60,898 nucleotides of DNA from an uncultured Flavobacteriales bacterium (GTDB lineage: Bacteria > Bacteroidota > Bacteroidia > Flavobacteriales_C > GCA-002722245): contig CAWVWF010000003.1 of assembly GCA_963933885.1 (NCBI GenBank), positions 1 to 60,898 of the forward strand. The letters run 5' to 3'. Positions 20,487 through 33,600 of the stretch are shown here, one piece after another (position 1 is the stretch's first letter; every line of letters begins with the position of its first letter). Under the pieces are notes generated by a model, which made no database searches, had not been told where the DNA came from, and was given only the letters and a program-made list of their open reading frames with translations. The translations under genes and the position numbers were made by a program.

Positions 20487-22157
20487 TTATTCTTTGGAAA
20501 TTATTTGTCTTATTTTTTGAGACCTATTGTTGAGAAATTCACTGTTTCTATCGAAGAATGGGTATTCGGTAAGAAGATTATTATAATATATTTTTTCTTC
20601 GGTTTGAATACTTTCTTGAAATGAATCAATGAATTTTTTAGAGGAATATTGGATTAGTTTTTCCTTGTAAATGGTGTAAAATTTCTCATTTTCAAATAAA
20701 GTTAGAATTGCTCTTTTGGAGGTTGCTACTTCAGGAGGTACTTGATGTTTTCTGGAACCCCAATAATCTAAATTCGGCCAAACGAAGTTTTTTGAAACAG
20801 TATATGCGTCATGTCCAATAATTTCTAGTCTCTTTGTTTTTAAGTTGAAAAGAAACTTTTGGTTAATCCAGTAATCGCCATGATAAGCATTTGACACATC
20901 AACAAGCGCAAAGTAACTGGCTATTTTTTCGATGTCAAAAGCCAGTTCTACGTTGGGTGTATTGTTCTGATAATCTTGTAATAAAGTAATAGGTAAGGAG
21001 TCAAACTTGTTTGATTTACGATAGACTTTAATTGATGCATCTTTAATAACATCGAGTTTTTTCTCTAAAGCTCTGTTTACCCAAAAGAGTTCATCATCAA
21101 ACCCTAAAATTACAGAGTTAGAATCCGTCATATTTGATAAATGTTCTTGCCATGCAAAATAACCTAGACTTTTCCCGTTAAGAACAACTGGAGTAAATCC
21201 ATACTGAGTTGTGGCTAAATTATTTTGTAGAAGTAACTCATGAAACCTCCATTCTTTTAAGAAGTCTCTCGCAGCTGGTTTATGAATTGAAAACACATGC
21301 ATTCCTTTCCATGGTTTTTTCAATTTAATTTTTAAACTCCATTTTGATCCCTTCAAATGTAAGAGCCTATCTCCTTTGAGTTTAATTTTAGCTTTAACCC
21401 ATTTATTCTCAATTTTCACTTTCCCTTCCACCCATTTACGATCTTCAGATGATAAATACCCATCTTGAAAGGCCTTTAAACGACGTTTTTTGAAAATATT
21501 AACACAACTGTCGCTGAGCTTAATTTGAAGAGCAGGATCTTCATAATTTGGAAATACTTTTCTATTTGCTTTTTTAATTTCAAAATTGTCGAAATATACT
21601 TTTTTCCCTTTTGGATTCTTAACATAAAAACTGATACTATTGCCTTTGAAATTTGGCGGGATATGTACTGTTTTTTTAAGTAGTTGCCATTCGCCTATAG
21701 ATGAATCAGATTTTTCTTGAAAAGAAGTCAAGCTATTGTTTTCTCCTTTAGCCTCAATGAGCGGGCTTTTAAATTCGCTTAATTTCCAAACCTGAATCTC
21801 ATAAATATCATTTGGAAGAACAGAAGAATCAACTGTGTAAAAACCAATTTTACTTTGTTTATCTAGAAGTATTGAGAATTTTCCTTCAAATGCCTGTGTT
21901 GAATCTCTGCTTCCTCTTTTTAATTTCTCAGGAATAGGTTTTCTTTTAATTTCTCCTCCTTCAAACCACTGCTTAATCGTATTGTTATTGTTGGGTTGAG
22001 CAACACAGGAATAGATACTAAGAGTTAAAAATAGAACGGATAAAATCTTATGAATAACTGTTTTTGTTCTACAGAAGCTAAATATTTGAGAACATTTAAG
22101 CAATATTTGCTTTCTGCTTTTTAATAGATTTCTCCATTGTTTTTTTAACAGTTTCAA
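20487..22157 (-). CDS. CotH-kinase-like exported protein with an N-terminal carbohydrate-binding-like beta domain
   Basis: KIKLKGDRLLHL-KWSLKIKL, EWRFHELL, VVLNGKSLGYFAWQE, YFALVDV...HGDYWINQKF...LEIIGHD resemble CotH-family motifs. Lipoprotein-like LSIYSC. The true start is uncertain (TTG at 22103 or later); the track start overlaps dxs by 62 nt. Confidence 0.6.
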   Translation of the reverse strand: MKLLKKQWRNLLKSRKQILLKCSQIFSFCRTKTVIHKILSVLFLTLSIYSCVAQPNNNNTIKQWFEGGEIKRKPIPEKLKRGSRDSTQAFEGKFSILLDKQSKIGFYTVDSSVLPNDIYEIQVWKLSEFKSPLIEAKGENNSLTSFQEKSDSSIGEWQLLKKTVHIPPNFKGNSISFYVKNPKGKKVYFDNFEIKKANRKVFPNYEDPALQIKLSDSCVNIFKKRRLKAFQDGYLSSEDRKWVEGKVKIENKWVKAKIKLKGDRLLHLKGSKWSLKIKLKKPWKGMHVFSIHKPAARDFLKEWRFHELLLQNNLATTQYGFTPVVLNGKSLGYFAWQEHLSNMTDSNSVILGFDDELFWVNRALEKKLDVIKDASIKVYRKSNKFDSLPITLLQDYQNNTPNVELAFDIEKIASYFALVDVSNAYHGDYWINQKFLFNLKTKRLEIIGHDAYTVSKNFVWPNLDYWGSRKHQVPPEVATSKRAILTLFENEKFYTIYKEKLIQYSSKKFIDSFQESIQTEEKIYYNNLLTEYPFFDRNSEFLNNRSQKIRQIISKE

Positions 22158-24033
22158 TTATAGCATTGGTGTCATAATAACAATCTTTATGAAGCTCAGC
22201 TTGAGAACCATGTTCAATATATGAATCAGGAATTCCTAGTCTAGTAATTTTAGAAGAGTAATCATTGTCTATCATGAATTCAGAAATAGCACTTCCCATT
22301 CCTCCCATTAAACATCCATCTTCAACGGTAATAATGTATTTGAATTTTCCGAAAATTTCGTGTAATAATAAATTATCAAGAGGTTTTACAAATCTAATAT
22401 CGTAATGCGCAGCATCAATATTGTCTTTTTCTAATGCCTTACATGCATCGACTGCATAGTTACCAATATGGCCAATTGTTAAAATTGCGATATCCTCCCC
22501 ACTTTTAACTTTTCTTCCTGTTCCAATTTTTATTTCTCTTAATGGAGTTTTCCATTCAGTCATTACACCTTGACCTCTTGGATAACGAATAGAAAAAGGG
22601 CCTTGATCGGGAAGTTGGGCTGTGTACATTAAGTTTCTTAACTCCTCTTCATTCATTGGGGCACTAACAATTAAGTTAGGTATACATCGCATAAATGCAA
22701 TATCATACGCACCATGATGAGTTGGCCCATCAGCACCTGCAATTCCTGCTCTATCTAAACAGAAAACTACATTTAAATTTTGTAAAGCTACATCGTGTAT
22801 CACTTGATCGTAAGCACGTTGCATGAAAGATGAGTATATATTACAAAAAGGAACAAGTCCTTGTGTAGCTAATCCTGCAGAAAAAGTAACCGCGTGTTGT
22901 TCAGCAATTCCTACATCGAAAGATCGATCTGGCATTGCTTTCATCATAATATTCAAAGAACATCCTGATGGCATTGCTGGGGTAATCCCCATTATTTTTT
23001 TATTCTTTTCAGCAAGCTCTACAATCGTATGTCCAAAAACATCTTGATATTTAGGAGCTTGTGGGCTCTTTGGTGTTACTTTTACGATCTCACCAGTTTC
23101 TTTGTTGAAAATTCCAGGAGCATGCCACTGAGTTTGATCTCCAGATTCAGCAGGTTCATATCCTTTTCCTTTTTTGGTTAGAACATGTAATATTTTTGGA
23201 CCAGGAATCTTTTTTAAATCGTCCATCACTTTCACCATGTTTTTTACATCGTGACCGTCGATTGGGCCGAAATATCTGAAATTAAATGATTCAAAAAGGT
23301 TAGATGTTCCAAGTAAAGAAGTTTTTACAGCATTTTCTACTTTAGAAGCTATTGATTGTGCATTTGGACCAAATTTACTAATATGACCAAGTAAATGCCA
23401 AATCTCATCTTTCACTTTATTATAAGCGTTAGATGTTGTGATATCCGTTAAATATTCATTTAATGCAGTAACACTAGGGTCAATAGACATACAGTTGTCG
23501 TTTAAAACAACTAATAAATTACTATTTTCAACACCTCCATGGTTTAAAGCTTCGAAAGCCATTCCAGCTGTCATTGCTCCATCACCAATTACTGCGATAT
23601 GTTGTTTTTCTTCGTGACCTAAATATTTACTGGCAACACTCATTCCTAATGCACTTGATATCGAAGTGCTTGAATGACCAACACCGAAGGCATCATATTC
23701 ACTTTCCTTAATTTTAGGAAAACCACTTAGCCCACCATGAACCCTTTGCGTGTGAAATTTATCACGTCTACCAGTTAGGATTTTATGTCCGTATGCCTGA
23801 TGTCCAACATCCCACACCAATTGATCTTCTGGAGTATTGAATGCATAATGCAAAGCAACGGTTAATTCAACAACCCCTAAACTTGCGCCAAAGTGCCCTC
23901 CCTTTCGGGAAACGACATCAATAATAAATTCTCTAAGTTCATTACAAACTTGAGGAAGTTCCTTGGACTTCAGTTTTCTTAGGTCTGAAGGAATTACAAT
24001 TTTGTCTAAAAGTTCGCCGGCCTTAAATTCCAT
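22096..24033 (-). CDS. dxs: 1-deoxy-D-xylulose-5-phosphate synthase
   Basis: GHFGASLGVVEL, WDVGHQAYGHK, VIGDGAMTAG, LNDN, DVGIAEQHAV and DRAG...DGPTHHG motifs. ATG at 24033 is supported by a -7 element at 24052-24059. Confidence 0.97.
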   Translation of the reverse strand: MEFKAGELLDKIVIPSDLRKLKSKELPQVCNELREFIIDVVSRKGGHFGASLGVVELTVALHYAFNTPEDQLVWDVGHQAYGHKILTGRRDKFHTQRVHGGLSGFPKIKESEYDAFGVGHSSTSISSALGMSVASKYLGHEEKQHIAVIGDGAMTAGMAFEALNHGGVENSNLLVVLNDNCMSIDPSVTALNEYLTDITTSNAYNKVKDEIWHLLGHISKFGPNAQSIASKVENAVKTSLLGTSNLFESFNFRYFGPIDGHDVKNMVKVMDDLKKIPGPKILHVLTKKGKGYEPAESGDQTQWHAPGIFNKETGEIVKVTPKSPQAPKYQDVFGHTIVELAEKNKKIMGITPAMPSGCSLNIMMKAMPDRSFDVGIAEQHAVTFSAGLATQGLVPFCNIYSSFMQRAYDQVIHDVALQNLNVVFCLDRAGIAGADGPTHHGAYDIAFMRCIPNLIVSAPMNEEELRNLMYTAQLPDQGPFSIRYPRGQGVMTEWKTPLREIKIGTGRKVKSGEDIAILTIGHIGNYAVDACKALEKDNIDAAHYDIRFVKPLDNLLLHEIFGKFKYIITVEDGCLMGGMGSAISEFMIDNDYSSKITRLGIPDSYIEHGSQAELHKDCYYDTNAIIETVKKTMEKSIKKQKANIA

Positions 24034-24051
24034 GAGTTTTTTGTGGTATTG

Positions 24052-24059
24052 CAAATTTA
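24052..24059 (-). promoter_or_regulatory. -7 promoter element for dxs
   Basis: Reverse complement reads TAAATTTG, 18 nt before the ATG at 24033. Confidence 0.55.
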
Positions 24060-24151
24060 TTAAAATAATCAACTGTAAAGAAGTAATTAGTCAACGAAAC
24101 TTATCAATTCGTCTTATATAAATTCTTTTAATAAAGGTTAAAAAAGAAAAT

Positions 24152-24544
24152 ATGTAGAGAAAGGAGGGATTAATTGTTAAGGAAGTTAATGAATTCAAGG
24201 GTTTATATGCAGAACAAGTATTTAAGAAAGGTGTTGTTGTTTGTATAATTGAAGGTGAAGAAATATCCATTCCTAATAGATTTTCAGTGCAAATTGGTAT
24301 TGATTTACACATTAATGTTAAAGAACCTGTGATGTTTATTAATCATTCTTGTAATTCAAACATCATGATTGATGGTAATTATTTTATTGCCACAAAAAAC
24401 ATTAAGGCAGGTGAGGAAGTGGTTTTTAACTATTTAGGAAGTGAAGATGTTCTTGCGGAACCTTTTAAATGCTCTAAATGTGGCCTAAAAGTTTTGGGAA
24501 AACTATTTATTGAAGAATACCCTTGTAATTTATCAACAACCTAA
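24152..24544 (+). pseudogene. SET-domain protein with post-SET-like Cys motif; TAG at codon 2 (pseudogene or non-canonical start)
   Basis: The frame is open from 24158 to 24544: RKEGLIVKEVNEFKGLYAEQVFKKG...FINHSCNSN...ATKNIKAGEEVVFNY...FKCSKCG. It is preceded in frame by ATG TAG (24152-24157). The track start at GTG 24287 drops SET motif I. Confidence 0.6.
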
Positions 24545-24603
24545 ACCCCTTATTTTTATAGGTTTTAGTAACCAATTGTTAATTACTTCGTATCTTAGCA
24601 GGG

Positions 24604-27600
24604 GTGTTAAGTCGCACTTTACTGATTACGAAGAATATAAGACTTAAATACTACGAGTTGAGAACTTTTGCAAGGAAAAAAATAGGACTTTTATTAGTCG
24701 CTTTAGGAACGTTATGTACTTCAATTACTGCTCAAAATTATTGGGTAGGAGGTGCGGGTGAATGGAGTGATGCAAACCATTGGGCAACAACTGATGGTGG
24801 GCAAGGAGGTATTGGTGTTCCAAATAAATCAACTGATGCTATTTTCACAGAACTTTCCGGATTAAATAATAATGATACAGTTAAAATTGATTCAATTGCT
24901 TTTGTTAAGCGATTGGATTTTTCTTTTTTAAAAAAATCTATAATACTTTCTGGGTCTTTATCTTCTAATTTATTGGTTACGGGAGATATTGTTTTTCCTG
25001 AGGAATTAATCAATAATTTTTATGGTTATGTAGTGATGGTGGGTTCAAACTCTAGCTATCGAATGAAAGTATTCCAACCTGGGGAATTTAATGGGAAAAA
25101 ATCATTTATTGATATATATAAAAATGCAAGAAATTCTGAACTTCCTTTAGCAATAACTTCAATTACGTCTAATGTTACTGACGCTACATGTGGTTGTAAT
25201 GGTGTTATAAATCTAACTGTTAATGGTGGTACTGGTCCTTTTGCTTATTCATGGTTTCCAAATGTACCTGCTTTAAATGGAGATGGAACAAATACTGTTA
25301 TTGATCTTTGCCCAGGTAAGTACAACGTAATTATAACAGATCTTTCCGATGGAATCCCTTATGTGGAATCAGATATTGTAGTAGATGGTCCATCTCCATT
25401 AACAATTCAGCATCTTTTAACTGACAGTGTAAATTGTATAGGAGGAAGTGATGGTTTTATAGTAACATTAGTTTTTGGAGGAGTAGCACCTTATACAATT
25501 GTTTGGGATGATGCCGGTTTGCAGTCTACACCAACAGCAACAGGATTACCTATAGGAGATTATTCTATTCAAGTTACGGATTTTGTTGGTTGTACAGCTG
25601 TTAGTGGGCCGTATACAGTCGAAGAACCTACCGTTTTAACAAGTTCAATAACGGATACAACTCATGTTTCATGTTTTGAAGTTTGTGACGGTGATGCAAC
25701 AGTTACCGCGGGCGGAGGTTCGCCTAGTTATTCTTATAGTTGGTATGATGCACCAGGTACCCCAACTACAATTCAGGCTACTGGTTTATGTGATGGAACA
25801 TATCACGTTGAAATTACTGATTCTAGAGGATGTTTAGATACTTCAGAAGTGATAATTACGGAACCTATTGTGTTAGCAGCGTCGATTAGTACTTTTACTG
25901 ATGTAGTTTGTTTTGGAGAAGGAAACGGAACTGCTAATACAGGAGTAACAGGCGGAACGACTACATATACTTATGATTGGTATAATGTAGGTGGGGGACC
26001 AACAACGCCCAATGTTTCCAACTTATCTCCTGGAACTTACAATGTAGAGGTAACCGATGCAAATGGATGTTTAGATACTGCGGAAGTAGTAATAATCCAA
26101 CCAACGCTTTTAACTTCATCAATTACAGACACAGTGCATGTTTTATGTAACAGTTTATGTACTGGAGAAATAGAGGTTACTGCTGCGGGAGGTACTACAA
26201 TATATACTTATGATTGGTACGACGCGGCAAATGAATCGACACAACGTGTAATCGGAATGTGTGCTGGTTCATATAATGTGGAAGTAGAGGATTTAAATGG
26301 TTGTAAAGATACATCAACAGTTACGTTACTTCAACCATCAACAGCAATAACAACTAGTATAACTGATACAACTCATAATTTATGTTTTGCCGATTGTGAT
26401 GGTATCGCAATTGTAACTCCTGTAGGAGGTTCACCAATTTATTTGTTTGATTGGTATGATTTACCAGGAGGAGATACTGATTCTACTGCATCAAGTTTAT
26501 GTATTGGAACTTATAATGTAAAAGTAACTGATGCGAATGGATGTAGCGACACATCAACTATTACAATCACGGAACCTACAATATTAGATGGAACAGCTAG
26601 TTTAACAATGGTTGATTGTAAAAGCAATTGTTCTGGAGAAATAGATTTATCACCAATTGGTGGAACAACAACTTATACATTTGACTGGTATGACGCTCCA
26701 GGGACACCTACAACAGAAGATGTAATTGGATTATGTGATGGAACTTATAATGTAGAAATTACAGATGCGAATGGTTGTTTAGATACTGTAACTTCAATAA
26801 TTATCGAACCAGATACATTGGTAGCAAGTATTATTTCTTCAGCAAACCTTACTTGTTTCGAAGAATGTATAGGTAACGCGACAGTTGATCAGATAGGAGG
26901 GACAGGACCATTTGGAATAGATTGGTATGATCACCCAACAGCTTCACCAACAACAGCTACTGTTAATAATTTATGTGCGGGAACATACAATGTAGAAATT
27001 TCTGATGCTTTAGGTTGTTTAGATACTACTTCTATTATTATAACAGAACCAGCAACTGCAGTTTCAAGTTCTATTACTGACACAGTCCATGTTTTATGTA
27101 GAAATGTTTGTTCAGGAGAAGCTGAAGTAACAGCAGCTGGGGGATTAGGAGGATATTTATACGATTGGTATGACGCGCCAAGTTCACCAAGTGTAATAAG
27201 AGCATTAGCATTATGTGCTGGGACTTATCATGTAGAAATAATAGATGCAAGTGGGTGTTTAGATACTTCAGAAGTTATCATAGCAGAGCCAGCAGGATCA
27301 CTAACAATTTCAATTAATGATTCAACAAATGCTACTTGTAATAATCTTTGTGACGGAACTGCTTTTGCAACATATTCAGGAGGAACTTCAGGATATGTAC
27401 TTGATTGGTATACTTCAGGAAATCAAACAACAGATACCTCTTTTAATTTATGTGCAGGAACTCATTTTGTAGAAGTAACCGATGCAAATGGTTGTTTAGA
27501 TACTGCAAATATTACGATTGAAGAACCATCGCCTATGGTAATAACAATTAACTCTGCAACATTACCAACATGTTTTGGTGATTGTGATGGAGTAATGAGT

Positions 27601-30600
27601 ATAACCCCTTCAGGAGGAACAACACCTTATTTATATGAATGGTATGATGTAGTTGGAGCGCCAACAACATCTTCTGCAAGCGGACAATGTGCTGGCGGAT
27701 ATCATGTAGAAGTAGAAGATAACCAAGGATGTATTGATACAGCGTTAGTAATATTATCAGAACCAGATTCATTAGAACATACAATAGATTCACAAACTAA
27801 TTTATTGTGTAAAAACCTTTGTTCTGGAGGAGCTTCATTGACTCCAATTGGTGGAACAGCTGGTTATACAGTTTCATGGTATGATGTAGTTGGAACTCCA
27901 ACTGGAACTTCAGTTAATACACTTTGTGCAGGGACATGGAATTTTGAGTTAGAAGATGCAAACGGATGTTTAGATTCTGGATCAGTAACAGTAACAGAAC
28001 CAGCATTAGAATTAACATCATCTATAACTGACACAACACACAATGGTTGTATTGGAGATTGTAATGGGGATGCAACGGTAACAGCGGTTGGAGGAACAGG
28101 GTTAATTACTTATGACTGGTATAATTCACCCGATAGTGATATTGATGTTCAGGCAGAAAACCTTTGCGCTGGGACGTATAATGTAGAAGTAGCCGATGCA
28201 AATGGATGTTTAGATACTTCAGAAGTAACAATAACAGAGCCAGCAACATCAGTTACAATTTCAATTAATGATTCGACCAATGCTACTTGTAATAATCTTT
28301 GTGACGGAACCGCTTTTGCAACATATTCAGGAGGAACTTCAGGGTATGTTCTTGATTGGTATACTTCAGGAAATCAAACAACAGACACATCCTTTAATTT
28401 ATGTGCCGGAACTCATTTTGTAGAAATCACTGATGCAAATGGTTGTTTAGACACAGCAAATATTACGATTGAAGAACCGTCTCCGATGGTAATAACAATT
28501 AACTCTGCAACATTACCAACATGTTTTGGTGATTGTGATGGAGTAATGAGTATAACCCCTTCTGGTGGAACGACACCTTATTTATATGATTGGTATGATG
28601 TAGTTGGAGCACCAACAACACCTGCTGCAGGTGGACAGTGTGCTGGCGGATATCATGTAGAAGTAGAAGATGGAAAAGGATGTATTGATACGGCTTTAGT
28701 AATATTATCAGAACCAGATTCTTTGGAACATACTATTGATTCACAAACACACTTATTATGTAAAAACCTTTGTGAAGGAGGAGCTTCATTAACTCCAATT
28801 GGTGGAACTGCAGGATATACTGTTACCTGGTATGATGTACCAGCTACACCTACAGGAATTGCAATTAATACATTATGTGCCGGAACATGGAATTTTGAAT
28901 TAGAGGATGCGAACGGTTGTTTGGATTCAGGATCGGTAACATTGACAGAGCCAGCTTTAGAATTAACGTCGACTATAACGGATACTACACATAATATTTG
29001 TTTTGGTGAATGTAATGGAGATGCAACAGTTACTGCTGTTGGAGGAACTGGATTAATTACTTATGACTGGTACAATGCACCAGATAGTGATACCGATGTT
29101 CAAGCAGAAAACCTTTGTGCTGGAACTTATAATGTAGAATTAGAAGATGCGAATGGCTGTTTAGATACAGCTGTTGTAGCTATAATTGAACCTACCGATA
29201 TTACTTATATAACAACAGTATCAAATTTAGTTTGTGGAGGTGTTTCAGATGGAGAAGCAAGTGTTGCCGTTTCAGGTGGAATAGCTCCTTATACATATGA
29301 TTGGTATGATGCAGGAAATCAAACTAATGATACTGCAACTGCTCTTTCTGCTGGAACTTACCATGTGGAAATTACTGATGCAAATGGATGTTTAGATACG
29401 GCAGAGGTAATTATTACCACGCCAACCCCTGTTGTTGCTTCAATAAGAAATGATACACTTCATGTTGACTGTTTTGGAAATTGTAATGGATTTGCGGTAA
29501 TAAATAGAACTGGAGGATCTCCAGGGTATACTTATAATTGGTATGACGCGCCAGGATCTCCTACAATTAGAACTTTATCAAATTTATGCGCAGGTATTTA
29601 TCATGGAGAAGTAACCGATGCGAATGGATGTAAAGATACAGCTGAAGTTGAAATTACTCAACCCACCTTATTAATTTCTTCGGCAGATTCACTTGAAGCT
29701 TCTTGTTCAGGAGTTTGTGATGGTAAGATCTGGACAGATTATTCAGGAGGAGTTTCACCATATGTAGTTGATTGGTACAATGTACCAGCAACACCAGGAA
29801 CTGATACTGTAAGCGCAATGTGTAACGGAAGTTATGCTGTAGAAATAACAGATGCAAATGGATGTTTGGATACTGCTTACGTGGCTGTTACGGCACCAGT
29901 TGTAGTAAGTACAAGTATTACAGATACAACACATAATATTTGTTTTTATAATTGTTCAGGTGAAGCAATAGTAACACCGATAGGAGGATCAATACCATAT
30001 ACATATGATTGGTATGATGTTCCTGGTGGTGATACGGATTCTACCGGATCAAACTTATGTGTTGGTACTTTCCATGTTGAGGTTATAGATTTAAATGGAT
30101 GTTTAGATACTTCCGAGGTAATAATTACTTCAGTATCGCCAGAATTAACAACAACAACAGATTCTATTTTAACTTCTTGTTTAGGTTTATCTGATGGATC
30201 TGCAATTGTAATTGCTTCAGGAGGACAAGCTCCCTACGTAATAGACTGGTTTGAAAACGCAAATCAATTTTCTGATACGATTAATGGTTTACCATCCGGA
30301 TCTTATAAGGTAGAAATAACGGATGCTAATATTTGTGTAGATACTGTTACAGCTATAGTAACTGACCCAGCAGGATTAGTTGCAGCAATAAGTGATACAA
30401 CTCATGTTTTATGTTTTGATGATTCTTCAGGTGAAGCAATTGTAACCCCAATAGGAGGTACAGTAAGCTATACTTATAATTGGTATGATGTTGTAGGAGG
30501 AAGTACAGACTCAACAGCTTCGAACTTACCAGACGGAACATTTCATGTAGAAGTAACCGATGTTAATGGTTGTTTGGATACTGGAATTGTAACAATTACA

Positions 30601-33600
30601 GAAGCACCAATTGTTGTTTTTGGATCTGATTCGATTGAGGCAACTTGTACAGGGATTTGTACAGGATCAGCAATAGTAATTCCTTCAGGTGGAGTTAGCC
30701 CATATGTTTATAACTGGTATGATGCTGGCAACCAAACAAACGATACTGCTTCAGCACTTTGTGCTGCAACTTATAATGTAGAAGTAACTGATGCAAATGG
30801 TTGTATTGATACTGCAGCGATAATAGTAACTGAACCAATTACAATTACTGCTATTGCTGTTGATACAATGCCAACAACTTGTAATAGTGGTTCAGATGGT
30901 TCAGCTGTTATTGATGGAACTGGAGGAACATTACCTTATACATATGCTTGGAATGATCCTTTAACTCAAACTACCGATACAATGAAAAATGTAACGGCTG
31001 GAATATATAAAGGATCAATAACAGACGTTAATGGATGTACAGATACATTAGAATTTTTAGTTATAGAACCATTACCAATTACAGCTGGTGATAGCCTTGT
31101 AAATGTATCATGTAACGGAATTTGTGATGGATATATTAGTCTTAATGTAAGTGGAGGAACGGGACCATATACTCATTCTTGGAGCAATGGAACGACAGAT
31201 ACGTTAATCTCAGGATTATGTGATGGTACATATTCTGATACAATTACTGATGGAGCAGGTTGTGTTGATACATTCACTTTTGTAATTACAGAACCCGATA
31301 CTTTAAAATCACCGATTACAGATACACTTCATGTAACGTGTAGTTACACTTCTAATGGTCAAGCAATCGTAACACCAACAGGAGGAACAGCACCGTATAC
31401 ATATGATTGGTATGATGCTGGCAATGATGCAGATTCTGTAGCTTCTGGTATTTTACCAGGAACATATCATGTTGAAGTAACTGACGCAAATGGATGTTTA
31501 GACACAGGAATCGCAATAATCAATTCAACACCTGAAATTGTAATGGTTACAGATTCTGTTGAAGCAACATGTTCAGGGATTTGTAATGGAATTGCTATAG
31601 TAAATGTTACTGGAGGAACTGCACCGTATACGTATGACTGGTACGATGCTGGAAATATTGATAATGACTCAATAATTAATGTTTGTGCAGATAGTTTTAA
31701 TGTAGCATTAGTAGATGTAAATGGTTGTGTAGATACAGCTTATGTAATTGTAACACAGCCAGTTTCTGTAACAGCAGGATTTAGTGATACTTCTGATGTT
31801 ATTTGTTATGATGATACTACAGGTTGGGCAACAGTAAATGGAGTAGGAGGAACATTACCTTATACGTATTGGTGGAGTAACGGAACCACTAACGATACAG
31901 CAATTGGACTTTCAGCTGGTGTATATAGAGCTGCAATAATTGATGTAAACGGATGTTCTGATACAGCTGATATTACAATAAATCAACCAGCAGATTGGGC
32001 ACACGTTGTTGATTCAACACACGCTTCTTGTTATACTTATTGTGATGGATTGGTAACCGTAACTCCAGCAGGAGGAACAGGGCCGTATACACATTCATGG
32101 AATACAGGTTCAACAAATTCATCAATTATAAATTTATGTGCAGCAACATATTACGATACTATTACAGATAGTAGAGGTTGTATAGACACAATGAATGTTG
32201 TTGTTTCAGAACCAGATTCTTTAGAAGCACAGCCCTTAATTATTAACCATGTATTATGTAATGGAGATTCTACTGCCAGAGTTAGATCTCTTGCGGGTGG
32301 TGGAACAGCACCGTATATATATGATTGGGGAGATGGACAAATAACAAATAATGGTGATACTGCACTTAATATTGGAGCAGGAAATAATCAAGTTGTTTTA
32401 ACAGATAGTAGAGGTTGTATTGACACTAATATTTTCATTATTACTGAACCTACTTCAGTAATATCTTCAATTACAGATACAGTTCATGCGAATTGTGTTT
32501 GTAACGCAAGCGCAGTCGTAACACCGGCAGGAGGAACAAGTCCATATACATATGCATGGAATGATTTAGGACTTACAACAGATTCAACAGCACTTGGACT
32601 TTGTACTGGAGATTATGAAGTTGAAGTTACCGATGTAAATGGTTGTTTAGACACAAGCTTAGTAACAATTAGAGATACATCAGTATTTTCAATATCAATT
32701 ACCGATACGAATCATGCAACATGTTCTAGTATATGTGATGGTTCTGCAATTGTAACACCTTCTTTAGGTACAGCTCCATTTATATATGCTTGGACAGATC
32801 CAGCTGTAACAACAGATTCAAGTGTGACTGGATTATGTGTTGGAAATGTTTCAGTAACAGTAACAGATGGAGAAGGGTGTATACGATTTGCTAATGTTGC
32901 TATCTTAGAGCCAAATGCAATAAGCAGTACTCCAATGAGTATAAGTCCATTATGTTTTGGTGATACAAACGCAATAGCTTGGGTAGATGTAACAGGAGGA
33001 ACTGCTCCATATACTCATTCATGGGATACAACAAGTGTTAATGATTCAGTATATAATATTGGAATCGGAACATATACTGATACCGTATCGGATGCAAATG
33101 GATGTTTAGATACAGTTTCAGTTATCGTAACTCAACCAAACCTATTAGCGACACATATTGATAGTTTAAATGTAAACTGTAACGGAAATGGAGATGGAAT
33201 AGCTTGGAGTATACCGACAGGAGGAACAACTCCTTATACTTATTTATGGAATGATCTTACAGCAGCAATATCAGATACAGTTAATAATTTATCACCAGGA
33301 TTTTTCAAAGTAATAGTAGTTGATAATAATGGGTGTTCTGATACAGATAGTGTAAACATTACAGAGCCATTAATATTAACATCTTCAATAACAGATACTG
33401 CACATGTTAGTTGTTTATGTACAGGAACAGCAACCGTTACGCCATTAGGAGGAACAACACCATATACATATGTCTGGAGTGATCCTTTAGCACAAACAGA
33501 TAGTTTAGCAACGGGGTTATGTGCTGGAAACTATAATGTAGCAGTAACTGATGGAAACGGATGTACGGATACATCTTACGTTATTATTAGAGACACATCA

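Noticed and set aside
15251-24033. idi and dxs as an isoprenoid gene cluster
   Set aside because: They are 6 kb apart on opposite strands with unrelated genes between; ordinary housekeeping layout.
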